Shown one piece after another: positions 1 to 13,470 of a stretch of 64,000 bases of DNA (within the stretch, counting starts at the first letter, position 1; every line of letters begins with the position of its first letter). The DNA comes from an uncultured delta proteobacterium. Lineage in GTDB: Bacteria; Desulfobacterota; BSN033; UBA1163. The translations under genes and the position numbers were made by a program. Location: positions 1,152,001 through 1,216,000 of the forward strand of contig CAWHBU010000002.1 of the NCBI GenBank assembly GCA_963827685.1, in the 5' to 3' direction. The notes below the pieces were generated by a model. The model had not been told where the DNA came from, did no database searches, and saw only the letters and a program-made list of their open reading frames with translations.

Positions 1-1
1 T

Positions 2-832
2 TTCGGTTTCGGTCATGGGGTCCTCGATTTCGCCGGTTCATCAGTGGTTCATATGGTGGGCGGCGTTTCGGCGCTGGCAGGAGCGATAGCCCTTGGTCCC
101 CGGATTGGAAAATTTAAAGCCGATGGAACACCCAATGCAATACCAGGACACCACATCCCGATGGCTGTCCTCGGGACTTTAATACTCGCCTTCGGGTGGT
201 TCGGGTTCAATCCCGGCTCGACCCTCGCCGGAACTGATTTGAGAATCGGCGTGGTGGCGGTAAATACTATGCTTGCTTCCGTAGCAGGGTCCTTCTCGGC
301 AATGCTCTATATGTGGATCTTTTACGGGAAGCCGGATATATCGATGTCTGCGAACGGACTGCTGGCAGGACTCGTTGCTATCACAGCGCCATGCGCATTC
401 GTGAATACCGTTGGAGCGGTAATTATAGGGCTTGTTGCCGGAGTGCTTTGTTGTGCAAGCGTTTTCTTTGTCGAACGTAAACTGAAGGTCGACGATCCTG
501 TAGGCGCAATATCTGTTCATGGCACGTGCGGCGCTTGGGGACTTATCGGGCTTGGACTCTTTGCCGACGGCACATATGGTGATGGCCTAAATAACGTTAC
601 CGGCACGGTGAAGGGGTTATTTTATGGCGGAGCATCACAGTTTGCGGCGGAGATTATCGGTGTTATCGTCAACTTTATCTTTGTTTTCGTCTTGATGTAC
701 GTGTTCTTCAGGCTGCTGGATAAAGTAATTCCTCTACGAGTATCTGAGGAAATAGAGCTCGAAGGCCTCGACGCGAGCCAAGTGAGTGTCACCGCATATC
801 CTGACTTCAGCATCACGAAGACCCAGAGATAG
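2..832 (+). CDS. amt: Ammonium transporter Amt (5'-truncated by window edge)
   Basis: Frame is open from position 2 (FGFGHGVLDFAGSSVVHMVGG); has GWFGFNPGS, NGLLAGLVAITAPC, DDPVGAISVHG and a C-terminal EGLD motif; both pore His residues present. Confidence 0.95.
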   Translation, partial: FGFGHGVLDFAGSSVVHMVGGVSALAGAIALGPRIGKFKADGTPNAIPGHHIPMAVLGTLILAFGWFGFNPGSTLAGTDLRIGVVAVNTMLASVAGSFSAMLYMWIFYGKPDISMSANGLLAGLVAITAPCAFVNTVGAVIIGLVAGVLCCASVFFVERKLKVDDPVGAISVHGTCGAWGLIGLGLFADGTYGDGLNNVTGTVKGLFYGGASQFAAEIIGVIVNFIFVFVLMYVFFRLLDKVIPLRVSEEIELEGLDASQVSVTAYPDFSITKTQR

Positions 833-870
833 GAGGGAACATGAGGATATTAGACTGGAGAGGGAAAAAA

Positions 871-2046
871 ATGAAAAAGAGATTATTAGGCTTGATTCTG
901 GCGGTTTTAATGATGTTTCCACTTGTAATGAAGGCAACGGGCGAAGAGGCAAAACCTGAGACGACGCCAGAAGCGAAACCGGAGGCGAAGCCTACCTTGA
1001 GTCCGGAAGATATAAAGAATGTAGTCAATGGAATCAAGGATTACCTCGGCCTAAGCATCTATCTGCAGGGCGGATATACCTTTAACTTCAGAAATCCCGA
1101 CTCGGGGACGAACGAACAGAGAATTTTCGACCAGAAGGCAAATTCGTTTCTCATGGATCTTGCCCAGATACAGTTTGCCAAGGATGCCCCGGTGGGAGGA
1201 CTTGGGTATAAGCTCAAGGTTTCATTTGGTGAGACAGCAAAGTTTATTCATTCAGCGGGTCTTGGAGGACCTAATGATGTGGTAGATCTTACTGAGGCAT
1301 ATGTCAATTATGTCGCGCCCCTGGGTAGCGGCATCAAGCTGCAATTCGGAAAATTTGTTACCTACCACGGCGCTGAGGTGATCGAGGCAAGGGATGATTT
1401 CAATTATTCCCGTTCATTTCTTTTTAACTATGCGATACCTTTTACCCACACGGGCTTGATGGCGGGCTATACCTTCTCAAAAGCCTTCAGTGCCAATGTA
1501 TACGTTGTCAACGGGTGGGATAATACCAACGACAATAACAAAGGCAAGACATTTGGAACAAGCTTCGTATTGACACCTGTCGAGCCATTTTCGATGAATT
1601 TCGGCTTCATGTACGGGCCCGAACAATCACACCATAGTTCAAATTACAGGTTTCTCTTTGATTGGGTTGGAACGTTCAAGGCAACGAAAAATCTGACTTT
1701 CGTAGTCAACACCGATTATGCGAGTGAAGAGAAGGACCCTCTCAACAGCGGCAGAAATTCAAGGTGGTTCGGAGTTGCGGGTTACGCAAAATATGACTTT
1801 ACTGACTGGTTCAGTACAACCATCAGGGCGGAATGTTTCGACAACAAGGACGGTGTGAGGACAGGAATTGCCCAGAAGGTGAAGGAGATAACGATTACAC
1901 CCGAATTCAAGATAGTGAAAAACCTCCTTTTAAGGCCAGAGTACAGGCACGACTGGTCTAACAAGGACGGCTTTGATTCACAACACACCACATTCAGTAA
2001 GAAGAGCCAGGATACCATTGCCCTCGGCATGATGTATACGTGGTAA
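871..2046 (+). CDS. Outer-membrane beta-barrel porin (BBP2/DUF1597-like)
   Basis: Signal peptide, PETTPEAKPEAKP linker, GKFVTYHGAEVIE...NYSRSFLFNYAIPFTHTG motif, terminal aromatic (YTW); ATG 871 follows a GGAGAGGG Shine-Dalgarno (SD). Confidence 0.8.
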   Translation: MKKRLLGLILAVLMMFPLVMKATGEEAKPETTPEAKPEAKPTLSPEDIKNVVNGIKDYLGLSIYLQGGYTFNFRNPDSGTNEQRIFDQKANSFLMDLAQIQFAKDAPVGGLGYKLKVSFGETAKFIHSAGLGGPNDVVDLTEAYVNYVAPLGSGIKLQFGKFVTYHGAEVIEARDDFNYSRSFLFNYAIPFTHTGLMAGYTFSKAFSANVYVVNGWDNTNDNNKGKTFGTSFVLTPVEPFSMNFGFMYGPEQSHHSSNYRFLFDWVGTFKATKNLTFVVNTDYASEEKDPLNSGRNSRWFGVAGYAKYDFTDWFSTTIRAECFDNKDGVRTGIAQKVKEITITPEFKIVKNLLLRPEYRHDWSNKDGFDSQHTTFSKKSQDTIALGMMYTW

Positions 2047-2178
2047 CAGCATTGTGAAAACAATAGATCCGATTACGGAAGAAGACATAAAGTTTTTCTA
2101 CAGCCTTTTGGAGATGCGATGCCCGAAAACGGACCAAAAGGCTAACAGACCTGCTGAGATATCTCCATAGGTCAATAG

Positions 2179-2529
<351 letters not shown>

Positions 2530-2732
2530 TAACACCCTTCACCGGAAGCATACGGATGAACCCTCCTCTATCCCCTGACATCCACAGGACCGTGCCTGCA
2601 TGCTAGGATTTATTTCTGTTCAGGTACGGTCTTTCGAGGAGATGTATGAAGGGGTGATCAGACCCGGTTGAGATTCTTCTATACTTCTTGACTCAGCCCT
2701 GAGCCTGTCAGGGGTCAGCGAAAGGAGAAGCC

Positions 2733-3071
2733 ATGAAAAAGATTGAAGCCATTATTGACCCTTCTAAGTTACAAGAAGTAAAGAATGCTTTGACTAAGAT
2801 CGGAATCCGGCGGATGACGATAAGCAAGGTCGATGAGTTTGGGATCCAAGATGCTCACAAAGAGTTTTATCGAGGGAAGGAATGTATAGTGGACGTTGTC
2901 AAAGAATTCAAAATCGAACTCATGGTCACAGATGAGATGCTCAGCCAGGTCATTGAGACCATCAAAAAAACTATCAAAACAGAAAGCATTGGAGACGAAC
3001 AAATCTCTGTGTCTTCCGTGGAGAAGGTAGTTCGAGTTCGAACAGGCGAACACGGAAGGGATGCAATCTGA
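2733..3071 (+). CDS. Degenerate P-II paralog
   Basis: 112 aa, colinear with neighbouring P-II but G35E, R38I, Y51C, K58E, G84E, G89E, K90Q; good SD (AAGGAG). Confidence 0.85.
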   Translation: MKKIEAIIDPSKLQEVKNALTKIGIRRMTISKVDEFGIQDAHKEFYRGKECIVDVVKEFKIELMVTDEMLSQVIETIKKTIKTESIGDEQISVSSVEKVVRVRTGEHGRDAI

Positions 3072-3134
3072 ATCAAGCAGGTTCTAATTCCTCTTCCATC
3101 ACCGAATTAACGTTTCAAATCTCTTTAGGAAAAT

Positions 3135-3169
3135 TGGTTGTTTTTTAACAGCCTGCTTAAATTTCCGCA
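3135..3169 (+). promoter_or_regulatory. Putative enhancer-binding-protein site: two 16-bp TG-N12-CA boxes separated by GCC
   Basis: TGGTTGTTTTTTAACA-GCC-TGCTTAAATTTCCGCA, ~110 bp upstream of a sigma54 promoter; same architecture at 14114-14148. Confidence 0.65.
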
Positions 3170-3278
3170 AGGAATTTTTTGAGAAACCAATACTCGGATA
3201 TGAATAGGTTATAGGCCATTCCCGCCAACTATCCAATAATTTTGACGAAACTCCATTAAGCCATGAACCTCTACCAAC

Positions 3279-3294
3279 TGGCATAAGGATTGCT
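3279..3294 (+). promoter_or_regulatory. Sigma54 (-24/-12) promoter
   Basis: TGGCATAAGGATTGCT with exact GG-N10-GC spacing. Confidence 0.8.
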
Positions 3295-3306
3295 CTCTAT
3301 TTTTCT

Positions 3307-4023
3307 ATGAATGCTTTGATCATCAAGCACGTGGCCATCGAAGGCCCGGGATTGATTGAATATTGCTTGAAGCAGGAGAAAATCCCCTGCATTATCCTCG
3401 ATCTCGGTCTGGGTATTCATCTACCAAAACTCGATCATTTCACTCATATTGTCATTTTGGGCGGCCCAATGAATGTTTATGAGGAGGATCGTTATCCCTT
3501 TCTCAGAGAAGAAGACCTTTTTATTAAGGAAGCGATTCAGAGAGGAAAATCCATATTAGGAATATGCCTGGGGGCACAACTGATGGCAAAGGCCCTCGGG
3601 GCAAAGGTTTTCAAAGCCCCTGTAAAAGAGATCGGATGGTATGACGTCTCATTGACAAAGATAGGTTCACAGGATCCTCTCTTTTCCTGTCTTCCAAAGA
3701 CATTCCCTGTATTTCAATGGCATGAGGATACGTTTGAAATTCCAAAGTCCGGGAAGCTAATCGCGACTTCATCCCCTGTCTCTCATCAGGCCTTTCGATA
3801 TGGAGAAAAAGTTTATGGCCTTCAATTCCATCTCGAAGTGACTGAGGAGATGATCTGGGAGTGGATAGAAACTTATGAAGAAGAGTTTAAGGGTAGTCAG
3901 GCTCCTCCTCCCTCTTCAAAAGCCGCGATTATGACCGAAACCGAGATAAAGATCGAAACTTACACAAGAAGGGGAATGGACTTCCTTAAACATTTTTTCA
4001 AGCAGGCCGACAAAAGGACATAA
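3307..4023 (+). CDS. Class I glutamine amidotransferase (GMP-synthase-like GATase1)
   Basis: LGGPMNVY, GICLGAQ (catalytic Cys), FQWHED, QFHLE (His-x-Glu). Confidence 0.9.
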   Translation: MNALIIKHVAIEGPGLIEYCLKQEKIPCIILDLGLGIHLPKLDHFTHIVILGGPMNVYEEDRYPFLREEDLFIKEAIQRGKSILGICLGAQLMAKALGAKVFKAPVKEIGWYDVSLTKIGSQDPLFSCLPKTFPVFQWHEDTFEIPKSGKLIATSSPVSHQAFRYGEKVYGLQFHLEVTEEMIWEWIETYEEEFKGSQAPPPSSKAAIMTETEIKIETYTRRGMDFLKHFFKQADKRT

Positions 4024-4872
4024 TAATGTGCGGCATCGCCGGAATCATTGATTTTGGCTCTTCGGAGCCCAAAGAAAACCTTCTTCGTCGCATGCTCGGG
4101 CTGATCCGTCATCGCGGCCCCGATGCATTCGGTACCTATATAGACAGGATTGCGGGATTAGCTTCTACTCGCTTAAGCATTATTGACTTAAGTGGCGGTG
4201 ACCAACCCATCCATAACGAAGATCAGTCCGTCTGGGTCGTTTACAATGGAGAGATCTTCAACTACCCGGAGATACGTCAGGAGCTGGAGGCTCGAGGTCA
4301 CAGGTTTTACACTTGGTCCGATACGGAGATCTTGGTTCACTTGTACGAAGATCATGGCCCCGAGCTTTTCAAAAATCTCAATGGCCAGTTTGCCTTCGCT
4401 CTATGGGATAAATCTAAGGAACAATTGCTTCTGGGTCGCGATCGCCTCGGCATCCGGCCCCTTTTCTATTATCTGGACAACGACCGTTTGGTTTTTGGAT
4501 CAGAAATTAAGGCTATATTGGGAGACGTAAGGGTCCCAAGAGCCCTCGATTTGCAAACCTTATCAGATGTCTTTATCTGTTGGGCACCCCTGGGCCATCT
4601 CACGGCTTTTCAAAAAATCTATCAACTCCTCCCGGGACATTATGCCCTTTTCTCACGTCAGGGGATGATCACCCGTCCTTACTGGCAACTTTCCTTCTCA
4701 GAATCAAAGAACCAAGGGGCCCGTTCGTTCGGTGAGTGGACCGAAGAATTGAAAGCACTCCTATATGACGCTACCAGAATTCGTCTCCGAGCAGATGTCC
4801 CTGTAGGAGCTTATCTGAGTGGTGGGCTGGATAGCACTTATATTACTTCTCTTGTAAAACGATTTTTTAATA

Positions 4873-5411
4873 GTAAAGAACCCCGCAGCAGAGCTGCGGG
4901 GCATTAAAATTCAAAACTTAATTGCTCCTGTTGCTGATACTTTATATAGCGACGTATGACTTCAGAGGTAACTTTGTCTCCAACAGACCGAACAAAATAC
5001 CCATCACTCCAAAACTCTCCACCCCAAAGCTCTTTCTTCACCTCTGGAAACTGCTTGAACACCATTTTCGCCGAGATACTCTTTATGATCTGCACAATCT
5101 CTGCCGGACAATACCGAGGAGGGGCAGACAAAAATAAATGAACATGATCATCCTTTACCTCCATCGTATCTATCTCAAACTCGTACCTCTCCGATATTTG
5201 CTCAAAACTCATCTTAAGCCTTTTTGCCAACTCACCTCCCAATATCATCTTCCGATATTTGGGAACCCATACCATATGATATTTCAAATCGTAGACCGCA
5301 TGGCTTGTTCTTTTTATCGAGCTCATGCAGTACTTATACCATGTCTTATCGCTTCGCGAACCTGTTTTCATCCGCCCAGCAGAGCTGGGCGGTATTCAAC
5401 AGGTATTTTTT
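4873..5411 (-). mobile_element. IS200/IS605-family element (tnpA only), copy 1, 539 bp
   Basis: Subterminal hairpins CCCCGCAGCAGAGCTGCGGGG and CCGCCCAGCAGAGCTGGGCGG; no target-site duplication (TSD); matches 41697-42235. Confidence 0.93.
4904..5326 (-). CDS. tnpA: Y1 HUH transposase TnpA
   Basis: YHMVWVPKYR, DHVHLF (HUH), FWSDGYF, YIKYQ (catalytic Tyr). Confidence 0.95.
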   Translation of the reverse strand: MSSIKRTSHAVYDLKYHMVWVPKYRKMILGGELAKRLKMSFEQISERYEFEIDTMEVKDDHVHLFLSAPPRYCPAEIVQIIKSISAKMVFKQFPEVKKELWGGEFWSDGYFVRSVGDKVTSEVIRRYIKYQQQEQLSFEF

Positions 5412-6590
5412 ATAAACTCTGCACCTTTTCGGTTAGCTTTACAGACAGTCGCTTTGACGAAGCTTCCTACCAGAAGAGAGCGGTGCAGTCCCTGCAGACC
5501 GACCATCAGACCATTCGATGCACAGAGAAAGATATTGGGGAAGTTTTTCCTCAGGTGGTGTGGCACACAGAAGCGCCAATTCTTCGAACAGCACCAGCTC
5601 CCTTGTTTTTATTATCCCGACTGGTTCGCGAAAACAAGTTCAAAGTAGTGCTTACAGGGGAAGGGTCTGACGAAATCTTCGCTGGTTACGATATATTCAA
5701 GGAGGATCGAGTGAGGCGTTTCTGGGCTCGGAATCCTCAATCCCGGATCCGTCCATTGCTTTTGCAAAAGCTGTATCCTGACATCTTCGGCAAACAGGAT
5801 TCTAAAGCACATGTATTTCTGGAGGGTTTCTTTCGGAAAGGACTTTCTCACGTGGATTCCCCCGCTTACTCCCATATGATCCGCTGGGAAAACGCCAATT
5901 TTATAAAAACATTTTTCTCAAATGAATTTCAGGAAGTCGTAGGAAAAGGAGAGGGGTTTTTAGATCGATTCATATTAGCGCTCCCGGGAGAATACATGAA
6001 GTGGGATCCTCTATCTCGCGCTCAATATACAGAGATTTCCATCTTCCTTTCCAACTACTTGCTCTCCTCTCAGGGGGACCGCGTGGCGATGGCACACTCC
6101 GTAGAAGGGCGTGTCCCTTTTCTTGATTATCGGGTAGTGGAGTTTGCCTGCCGGGTACCCCCGCGATTTCGTCTGAACGGTCTTAGAGACAAGTTCATCT
6201 TGCGTGAAGCTGCTCACAACCTCATCCCACCAGAACTGGTCAAACGACCGAAACAACCCTATCGTGCACCTATCAGCCGATGCTTTTTAGGGGAATGCAA
6301 CCATGAATATGTACAAGAGCTGCTCTCAGATGATGCACTTCGACAGGCTGGTTACTTTGACTCACGTAAGGTAGAAAAACTTGTTGCGAAGTGCCGCAAG
6401 CAACAAGGATACCTCCTGAGCGAGCGTGAGAACATGGCCTTGGCTGGAATTATCTCCACCCAGCTATTGGACGATCTATTTGTTCGAAATTTTCCACCTT
6501 ATCCGATTCATGAACCCGAGGATATAAAAAGATTTGGGACAGGAGAATAGAGTGGTTCATGTCACGAGGTCAACGATCTTCCCTCCTTCC

Positions 6591-6608
6591 CCTGCCTACC
6601 GGCAGGCA
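6591..6608. repeat. Short palindromic repeat CCTGCCTACCGGCAGGCA
   Basis: Related copies at 33318, 43012, 52150 and 54969. Confidence 0.75.
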
Positions 6609-6662
6609 TTGGGGAGAGGACGGTGTGAGGAGAATTCCGCAATCTTTCATAGGAGGAATGAG

Positions 6663-7979
6663 ATGAAAAAATTTCTGTTTCTATGGTTCTTTATGATGAT
6701 GAGTCTGTTCATTGTTGGGGTTGTTTTTGCCGAGGCACCCGCTTCCTCGCCACCCAAAGTGGATACCGGCGATACTACCTGGATGCTCATCTCTTCTGCT
6801 TTAGTCATGCTGATGACACCAGGACTTGCCCTTTTCTACGGAGGCATGGTGAGATCAAAAAATGTCCTTGGGACGATCATGCAGAGCTTTATCGCCCTCG
6901 GAGTCATCAGCATCCAGTGGGTTCTTTACGGATATAGTCTCGCGTTCGGCCCTGATATAGGGCATGTCATAGGGAGTCTTAAATGGGTTGGACTCAGCGG
7001 TGTGGGACTGGATCCCTTTCCCGACTACGCCGCCACAGTTCCTCATCAGGCATTTATGATTTTTCAGATGATGTTTGCTGTGATTACCCCCGCCCTCATC
7101 ACCGGCGCATTTGCTGAGAGGTTTAAATTCAAGACCTATCTCGTATTCCTCGTCCTGTGGGCCACATTCGTCTATGATCCTCTTGCACACTGGGTATGGG
7201 GGACAGGCGGCTGGATTAAGAATCTTGGTGCCCTTGACTTTGCAGGAGGCCTTGTCGTACACATCAGTTCAGGAATCGCCGCATTGGCGGCGGCCCTGGT
7301 AATAGGGAAGAGAAAAGGCTATGGCGATGAGCCCATGCCTCCCCATAACCTGACCTTGACGGTTCTCGGCGCAGCACTGCTCTGGTTTGGTTGGTTCGGC
7401 TTTAATGGTGGAAGCGCGGTAGCATCGGGTTCTCTTGCCACTTCTGCTTTTGTTGTGACACATATTTCAACCGCTGCGGCAGCCCTCTCATGGATGATTG
7501 CTGAGTGGGTATACCGAGGCAATCCAACCGTTCTGGGTGCGGCCTCGGGCGCAGTGGCTGGACTAGTTGCTATTACGCCTGCATCCGGTTTTGTGGGCCC
7601 CGTACCAGCCATTATCATCGGAGCAGGAGCGGGTGTGGCTTGTTATTATGCCATTAACCTTAAGACCAAACTCGGCTATGATGATTCTCTCGACGTCGTA
7701 GGCGTTCACGGAGTAGGTGGCACGTGGGGTGCCTTGGCTACAGGACTATTTGCATCGAAGGCAATTAATTCAGCGGGAAACGATGGTCTTTTCTTTGGAA
7801 ATCCTTCTCTGATTGGAATTCAGGCATTGAGTGTTGTTTCCGCATGGGTTTACTCCTTCGTGGTGACATTGATCATACTAAAGGTTCTCGATTGGACAAT
7901 GGGCTTGAGAGTAAGCGAAGAGCATGAAATCAATGGTCTGGATATCAGTCAGCATGGGGAAGCAGGGTACTCATTCTAA
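6663..7979 (+). CDS. amtB: Ammonium transporter AmtB with signal peptide
   Basis: MTPGLALFYGG, FQMMFAVITPAL, DFAGGLVVH, WFGWFGFNGGS, DDSLDVVGVHG; AGGAGG SD. Confidence 0.96.
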   Translation: MKKFLFLWFFMMMSLFIVGVVFAEAPASSPPKVDTGDTTWMLISSALVMLMTPGLALFYGGMVRSKNVLGTIMQSFIALGVISIQWVLYGYSLAFGPDIGHVIGSLKWVGLSGVGLDPFPDYAATVPHQAFMIFQMMFAVITPALITGAFAERFKFKTYLVFLVLWATFVYDPLAHWVWGTGGWIKNLGALDFAGGLVVHISSGIAALAAALVIGKRKGYGDEPMPPHNLTLTVLGAALLWFGWFGFNGGSAVASGSLATSAFVVTHISTAAAALSWMIAEWVYRGNPTVLGAASGAVAGLVAITPASGFVGPVPAIIIGAGAGVACYYAINLKTKLGYDDSLDVVGVHGVGGTWGALATGLFASKAINSAGNDGLFFGNPSLIGIQALSVVSAWVYSFVVTLIILKVLDWTMGLRVSEEHEINGLDISQHGEAGYSF

Positions 7980-8064
7980 TAAGTTCGGAGTGATGAGTTC
8001 GTAGTTCGGAGAAAAAAGATAGAAATTAAAGACTCAGAGCTCCCAACTAAATACGGAGGGATGA

Positions 8065-10965
<2,901 letters not shown>

Positions 10966-11165
10966 TCCACCCGCTCCCTTTCAAGACCTATATCAAGACC
11001 CCTCTACTGATAGATTTAAAAAGTCTTTTATTTTTAAATAGCTATAGGGGTTTCATCAACCTATCTATCAAGCCTTGAAACATTGTTTTTCAGGCCCTGA
11101 GTTATTATACTTAAGTAAGATACGGAATGTATCTTAAGCTCCATAATAGAAGGGAGGGAGCATGT

Positions 11166-12262
11166 ATGAACAAAATATTTATAACAATGATTACGATGGC
11201 TTTACTCCTACTGCCATTAAATCTATATGCACAATCAGAGCAGACCTCAACAGGAGCCCCTGGAATATCACAGGCACTTGTCCCTGAAGGCGATTTTGCG
11301 CTTAAGCTGGTTTCTGCCCTTAAGTTGGGTACGGCAACGACAGAGGCACAAGCTGAGGACATGTTGACCTCGGCCGGAATCGCGCCCAAGAATGGGTGGA
11401 TTGCAGACTATCCGGTGACGCCTATAATCATCGGCGAGCTGCAAGCTCTGTGGCCACCGCAGCAGATTCCAAAAAGCTGCCGATGGCAAAGGACGATGCT
11501 TTGAAAGCATTTCAGGATCTCACTGCTGAGTTCGGCTTAGCGGTTGCACCTGGGTCTGGTGAATACGCTGAAAACCAACCCCAAGTTAACCCTGCAGTAA
11601 TAAACAACTATTACAATGAGGAAGGTCCGCCGGCTGTCACTTACTATCCTCCTCCAGAGGATTACGATTATCTGTACGCCTGGGTTCCTTATCCATTCTG
11701 GTGCTCCGGGTTCTTCTTTCCTGGATTCTTCGTCCTAAACGATTTTGATATTATCGTTGCGGGTCATCATCACCATCGGATCACAAATCATTTCTTCGAT
11801 GCCAGGACGCATACGGTCTTCAGGGTTGACCCAAGGGGGCACGCTCTGATAAATGCTTCACGTACGACCGCCTTTAATTCTACTGCAACAAAGAATGCTG
11901 CTTCTTCAATCTTCAACCGTAGCATGGAACGATCGACGTTTGCCCGAGGAACTCAAGGAATGACGGGTAATCATGTTTCTACCTTTAGCGGAATGCAAGG
12001 AAAGCAGGCGATTGTCACCAATAACGGTGGCAATACCGTAGGTGGAAAGACATTCAGCAATTCGAACAGCTTTGCGACCGGCGGCGGAATGAACCATCGT
12101 TCGTCCCAGAGCTTTAGCAGGTCTTTCAGCGCGCCTTCCAGTGGAGGTAGCTCTTCCTGTGGAAACTGTCATGGGGGTAGCAGTTCATTCGGGCGTAGCA
12201 GCGGCCATTCGTCTGGGGGTTTCTCGGGTGGTGGTCACGGAGGCGGCGGAGGCCGCAGATAA
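11166..12262 (+). CDS. Exported hypothetical protein, frameshifted near 11444 (365 aa if restored); Tyr/Pro-rich core, Gly/Ser-rich tail
   Basis: Signal peptide in ORF 11127; adding one A gives GELQSSVATAADSKKL and joins it to ORF 11396. Confidence 0.65.
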
Positions 12263-12283
12263 GAGTCAGGATAAACTACCTTA

Positions 12284-12312
12284 AGAAAAGGATCTTTTGA
12301 TCCTCTTTTTTT
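12284..12312 (+). terminator. Rho-independent terminator
   Basis: AGGATC-TTTT-GATCCT hairpin followed by a T tract. Confidence 0.65.
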
Positions 12313-12426
12313 ATCTCTCAAAATTCTGGAGATCCATTCCCTTTCAAGGAGTTTATCAACTCATCATTCCCTAAACAAAATTGGAAAGGGAATGGTCCCG
12401 TCTGTCTCTATTTTAAAAAGATCTCT

Positions 12427-13422
12427 TTATTCATCTGGTTCAATAGAAGACACTTCATTTTTTCTGATACAGAGTTCACCGCCTCCTCTCCATGTACAGT
12501 ACTGGCCGTCTTTTTCCGTATAACTACTCCATCTTAAAGTCGCCCCGTCTTTCATGTGTAAAATGACTTTACCTGAAACAGGCTTTTCTTCTTGACGAGA
12601 CATTTTTTTGATTAGTTCCCCCAGCGCTTTCCCAAAGTCTGAGGAGCCCCTTTCCATGCCATCTCTGAATGCGCCTAAGGTAACGGTATGATAGCGTTTC
12701 CCACTTTCAGACTCGGCGAATTCAACATAGTGCTGCAGTTCTTCATCCTTCAATGTCCTATAGATATAGAGGTTCCCTTGCATTTCTTTTGTTCGAGTTT
12801 CCTCCTCGATTTTTGGGCGTAGTTCCTCAAGCTGTTTTTTTATGACATTAAGATCCGTTTGTTTTTCTTTGGGTAAAGATGGATTGATTGCCGTTAACAT
12901 GGCTATCGTCATGGATATTCTCATATCGACAATTGATTTGACGGAGCTCTCCGCTTCAATCAACCTTTGTACGAGATCTATTCGCTTCTTTGAGGGGGGC
13001 GTTTTTTTAAGCGAATTGCCATATTCTTCAATCGCCTGCATTACTCCAGGCGTGGTGTTGGCCTTTTCGACGGCTGTAATTTTTTGTCCTAAATCCGAAT
13101 CAAGCCACGTGAGAACCCCTTGCATACTCTTTATGTCAAGATTTTTTTCGACCTGATCAGATATTCCTCTTAAGAGTCTTTCCGGATCCCAGGCCTTGAC
13201 TGTTTCACGTTCGAAAGCGCTAAATATTTCCGGAGGAAGCTTGTCTTTCGATTGAGATAGAATGGATTCGGCAAGCAGCGGGAATTGGCGAATCTGGTCA
13301 TTTATCCCTGACTTCTCCATAATCTTCTTCGTCAGTGTTTTTTTGTCAGTTTGTCCTGAACTTGTGCCAGCAACGACTAACTGGAAAAAAACTAAGAATA
13401 GAATCAAAAATATTTTTTTCAC
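12427..13422 (-). CDS. Exported helical hypothetical protein (DUF2059-like)
   Basis: GTG start with GGAGGA SD, signal peptide, repeated WLDSDLGQKI / FAESESGKRY motifs. Confidence 0.65.
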   Translation of the reverse strand: MKKIFLILFLVFFQLVVAGTSSGQTDKKTLTKKIMEKSGINDQIRQFPLLAESILSQSKDKLPPEIFSAFERETVKAWDPERLLRGISDQVEKNLDIKSMQGVLTWLDSDLGQKITAVEKANTTPGVMQAIEEYGNSLKKTPPSKKRIDLVQRLIEAESSVKSIVDMRISMTIAMLTAINPSLPKEKQTDLNVIKKQLEELRPKIEEETRTKEMQGNLYIYRTLKDEELQHYVEFAESESGKRYHTVTLGAFRDGMERGSSDFGKALGELIKKMSRQEEKPVSGKVILHMKDGATLRWSSYTEKDGQYCTWRGGGELCIRKNEVSSIEPDE

Positions 13423-13470
13423 ATTATCCTCCCCAAGAACCACAGGCAGACTTCAAAACGAGTTCTATTA

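Larger units (their letters stand above)
4026..6550 (+). pseudogene. asnB: Asparagine synthase (glutamine-hydrolysing) interrupted by IS200; removing the IS restores 661 aa
   Basis: MCGIAG N-terminus, HRGPD, YNGEIFN, YLSGGLDS, LTGEGSDE, SVEGRVPFLD, KRPKQPY; joining 4872 to 5412 gives in-frame FFNNKLCTFS. Confidence 0.92.

Noticed and set aside
5138-5411. N-terminal 90 aa of ORF 5138-6550 and ORF 41962-42444
   Set aside because: Antisense read-through of IS200 fused in frame to the interrupted host gene; not a real N-terminus
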